From contig CAXHJY010000736.1 of NCBI GenBank assembly GCA_964016885.1, forward strand, positions 62,001 to 126,000: a DNA stretch of 64,000 nucleotides. Reading direction: 5' to 3'. Every line of letters starts with the position of its first letter. Position 1 is the first letter of the stretch. Both the position numbers and the translations under genes were made by a program. Below, in pieces: positions 60,247-64,000 of the stretch. Under the pieces are notes generated by a model that saw only the letters and a program-made list of their open reading frames with translations, did not search any database and was not told the DNA's origin. Origin of the DNA: Eledone cirrhosa. Its lineage: Eukaryota.

Positions 60247-63200
60247 AAAAACAAATAACGAAACGAAATTAAATTTCGTTTCGCTTCTAACTCACTTTTG
60301 TATGACTGACGCTTAAACAATTAAGTTAAAGTGTACATCTACATATGTATACGGAAGTATTAGTATGCATATAAATACACACATGTATACATATGAATAC
60401 ACACATGTATACATATGTACATGTACTCAGCTTTTCACTAGACACTTTACAGTGAGTGTCAGCTAGTCTGTATGTAACCACACAGACGGACCGGGTTTTA
60501 GAGTCATACGGGTTTTCAAGGAAACACATTTCCTCTATTCTCCAGAGGGCCAGACAGGAACATTGGACTAGTTTCGATGTTATTACATCTCATCAGCAAT
60601 ATTTACCCATCTTCCGGCTTCTCTGGAGAATTGTAAAAGCACATATCGTTATATGCTTTTTCTATGAAAATTAGTAGTGGGTAGACCAATTTGCATAGAA
60701 CGTGAGTCATTGTACGCACCGGTTCAGCGGAAACGATAAAAACAAATAACGAAACGAAATTAAATTTCGTTTCGCTTCTAACTCACTTTTGTATGACTGA
60801 CGCTTAAACAATTAAGTTAAAGTGTACATCTACATATGTATACGGAAGTATTAGCATGCATATAAATACACACATGTATACATATGTACATGTACTCAGC
60901 TTTTCACTAGACACTTTACAGTGAGTGTCAGCTAGTCTGTATCTAACCACACAGACGGACCGGGTTTTAGAGTCATACGGGTTTTCAAGGAAACACATTT
61001 CCTCAATTCTCCAGAGGGCCAGACAGGAACATTGGACTAGTTTCGATGTTATTACATCTCATCAGCAATATTTACCCATCTTCCGGCTTCTCTGTAGAAT
61101 TGTAAAAGCACATATCGTTATATGCTTTTTCTATGAAATTTGAAAATTAGTAGTGGGTAGACCAATTTGCATAGAACGTGAGTCATTGTACGCACCGGTT
61201 CAGCGGAAACGATAAAAACAAATAACGAAACGAAATTAAATTTCGTTTCGCATCTAACTCACTTTTGTATGACTGACGCTTAAACAATTAAGTTAAAGTG
61301 TACATCTACATATGTATACGGAAGTATTAGTATGCATATAAATACACACATGTATACATATGTACATGTACTCAGCTTTTCACTAGACACTTTACAGTGA
61401 GTGTCAGCTAGTCTGTATGTAACCATTTTCATAGAAAAAGCATATAACGATATGTGCTTTTACAATTCTCCAGAGAAGCCGGAAGATGGGTAAATATTGC
61501 TGATGAGATGTAATAACATCGAAACTAGTCCATTGTTCCTGTCTGGCCCTCTGGAGAATAGAGGAAATGTGTTTCCTTGAAAACCCGTATGACTCTAAAA
61601 CCCGGTCCGTCTGTATGGTTACATACAGACTAGCTGACACTCACTGTAAAGTGTCTAGTGAAAAGCTGAGTACATGTACATATGTATACATGTGTGTATT
61701 TATATGCATACTAATACTTCCGTATACATATGTAGATGTACACTTTAACTTAATTGTTTAAGCGTCAGTCATACAAAAGTGAGTTAGAAGCGAAACGAAA
61801 TTTAATTTCGTTTCGTTATTTGTTTTTATCGTTTCCGCTGAACCGGTGCGTACAATGACTCACGTTCTATGCAAATTGGTCTACCCACTACTAATTTTCA
61901 TAGAAAAAGCATATAACGATATGTGCTTTTACAATTCTCCAGAGAAGCCGGAAGATGGGTAAATATTGCTGATGAGATGTAATAACATCGAAACTAGTCC
62001 AATGTTCCTGTCTGGCCCTCTGGAGAATAGAGGAAATGTGTTTCCTTGAAAACCCGTATGACTCTAAAACCCGGTCCGTCTGTGTGGTTACATACAGACT
62101 AGCTGACACTCACTGTAAAGTGTCTAGTGAAAAGCTGAGTACATGTACATATGTATACATGTGTGTATTTATATGCATACTAATACTTCCGTATACATAT
62201 GTAGATGTACACTTTAACTTAATTGTTTAAGCGTCAGTCATACAAAAGTGAGTTAGAAGCGAAACGAAATTTAATTTCGTTTCGTTATTTGTTTTTATCG
62301 TTTCCGCTGAACCGGTGCGTACAATGACTCACGTTCTATGCAAATTGGTCTACCCACTACTAATTTTCATAGAAAAAGCATATAACGATATGTGCTTTTA
62401 CAATTCTCCAGAGAAGCCGGATGATGGGTAAATATTGCTGATGAGATGTAATAACATCGAAACTAGTCCAATGTTCCTGTCTGGCCCTCTGGAGAATTGA
62501 GGAAATGTGTTTCCTTGAAAACCCGTATGACTCTAAAACCCGGTCCGTCTGTGTGGTTACATACAGACAAGCTGACACTCACTGTAAAGTGTCTAGTGAA
62601 AAGCTGAGTACATGTACATATGTATACATGTGTGTATTTATATGCATACTAATACTTCCGTATACATATGTAGATGTACACTTTAACTTAATTGTTTAAG
62701 CGTCAGTCATACAAAAGTGAATTAGAAGCGAAACGAAATTTAATTTCGTTTCGTTATTTGTTTTTATCGTTTCCGCTGAACCGGTGCGTACAATGAACTC
62801 ACGTTCTATGCAAATTGGTCTATCCACTACTAATTTTCATAGAAAAAGCATATAACGATATGTGCTTTTACAATTCTCCAGAGAAGCCGGAAGATGGGTA
62901 AATATTGCTGATGAGATGTAATAACATCGAAACTAGTCCAATGTTCCTGTCTGGCCCTCTGTAGAATTGAGGAAATGTGTTTCCTTGAAAACCCGTATGA
63001 CTCTAAAACCCGGTCCGTCTGTGTGGTTACATACAGACTAGCTGACACTCACTGTAAAGTGTCTAGTGAAAAGCTGAGTACATGTACATATGTATACATG
63101 TGTGTATTTATATGCATACTAATACTTCCGTATACATATGTAGATGTACACTTTAACTTAATTGTTTAAGCGTCAGTCATACAAAAGTGAGTTAGAAGCG

Positions 63201-64000
63201 AAACGAAATTTAATTTCGTTTCGTTATTTGTTTTTATCTTTTCCGCTGAACCGGTGCGTACAATGACTCACGTTCTATGCAAATTGGTCTACCCACTACT
63301 AATTTTCATAGAAAAAGCATATAACGATATGTGCTTTTACAATTCTCCAGAGAAGCCGGAAGATGGGTAAATATTGCTGATGAGATGTAATAACATCGAA
63401 ACTAGTCCAATGTTCCTGTCTGGCCCTCTGGAGAATAGAGGAAATGTGTTTCCTTGAAAACCCGTATGACTCTAAAACCCGGTCCGTCTGTGTGGTTACA
63501 TACAGACTAGCTGACACTCACTATAAAGTGTCTAGTGAAAAGCTAAGTACATGTACATATGTATACATGTGTGTATTTATATGCATACTAATACTTCCGT
63601 ATACATATGTAGATGTACACTTTAACTTAATTGTTTAAGCGTCAGTAATACAAAAGTGAGTTAGAAGCGAAACGAAATTTAATTTTGTTTCGTTATTTGT
63701 TTTTATCGTTTCCGCTGAACCGGTGCGTACAATGAACTCACGTTCTATGCAAATTGGTCTACCCACTACTAATTTTCATAGAAAAAGCATATAACGATAT
63801 GTGCTTTTACAATTCTCCAGAGAAGCCGGAAGATGGGTAAATATTGCTGATGAGATGTAATAACATCGAAACTAGTCCAATGTTCCTGTCTGGCCCTCTG
63901 GAGAATAGAGGAAATGTGTTTCCTTGAAAACCCGTATGACTCTAAAACCCGGTCCGTCTGTGTGGTTACATACAGACTAGCTGACACTCACTGTAAAGTG
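60247..64000. repeat. 469/470-bp hammerhead-ribozyme satellite (retrozyme-like array) with internal inversion
   Basis: About 2.5 units in one orientation (60247-61425), then more than 5 units reversed to the window end; units differ by only a few bases; one HHR per unit. Confidence 0.95.
61962..62006 (+). ncRNA. Canonical type I hammerhead ribozyme (representative of 8 copies)
   Basis: AATATTG-CTGATGA-GATGT-aata-ACATC-GAAA-CTAG-TC-CAATGTT; predicted cleavage after 61530, 61999, 62468, 62938, 63407, 63877 (+); minus-strand copies 60559-60603 and 61028-61072. Confidence 0.93.

Noticed and set aside
60326-63987. Repeated 64-78 aa ORFs in the satellite
   Set aside because: Mostly non-ATG starts, no known motif; recurrence simply reflects the repeat

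Overview
Eukaryotic, AT-rich, repeat-saturated window with no recognisable host-gene exons. The microsatellite content and the SINE/RTE/Penelope mix suggest a cephalopod (octopus-like) genome, which is an inference. Contents: one decayed Helitron, one RTE LINE with an intact 1181-aa ORF, four decayed LINE copies with a PHD finger after the RT core, five Penelope-like element (PLE) fragments, several tRNA-derived SINEs and very long (TA)n and (ACT)n tracts. The signal the ORF track misses is RNA structure. Reading by eye I count about 34 near-complete type I hammerhead ribozyme (HHR) motifs in about 13 distinct sequence families. The standout is a 469/470-bp tandem array (60247-64000) with one canonical HHR per monomer (CUGAUGA, 5-bp stem II, GAAA-CUAG-UC), i.e. 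a retrozyme-like satellite predicted to yield unit-length, possibly circular RNAs. Two further HHR tandem families (310 and 548 bp) and many HHR palindromes inserted in (TA)n share a divergent polarity and mostly palindromic stem III sequences. All structures were folded by hand; no activity or database search was possible.
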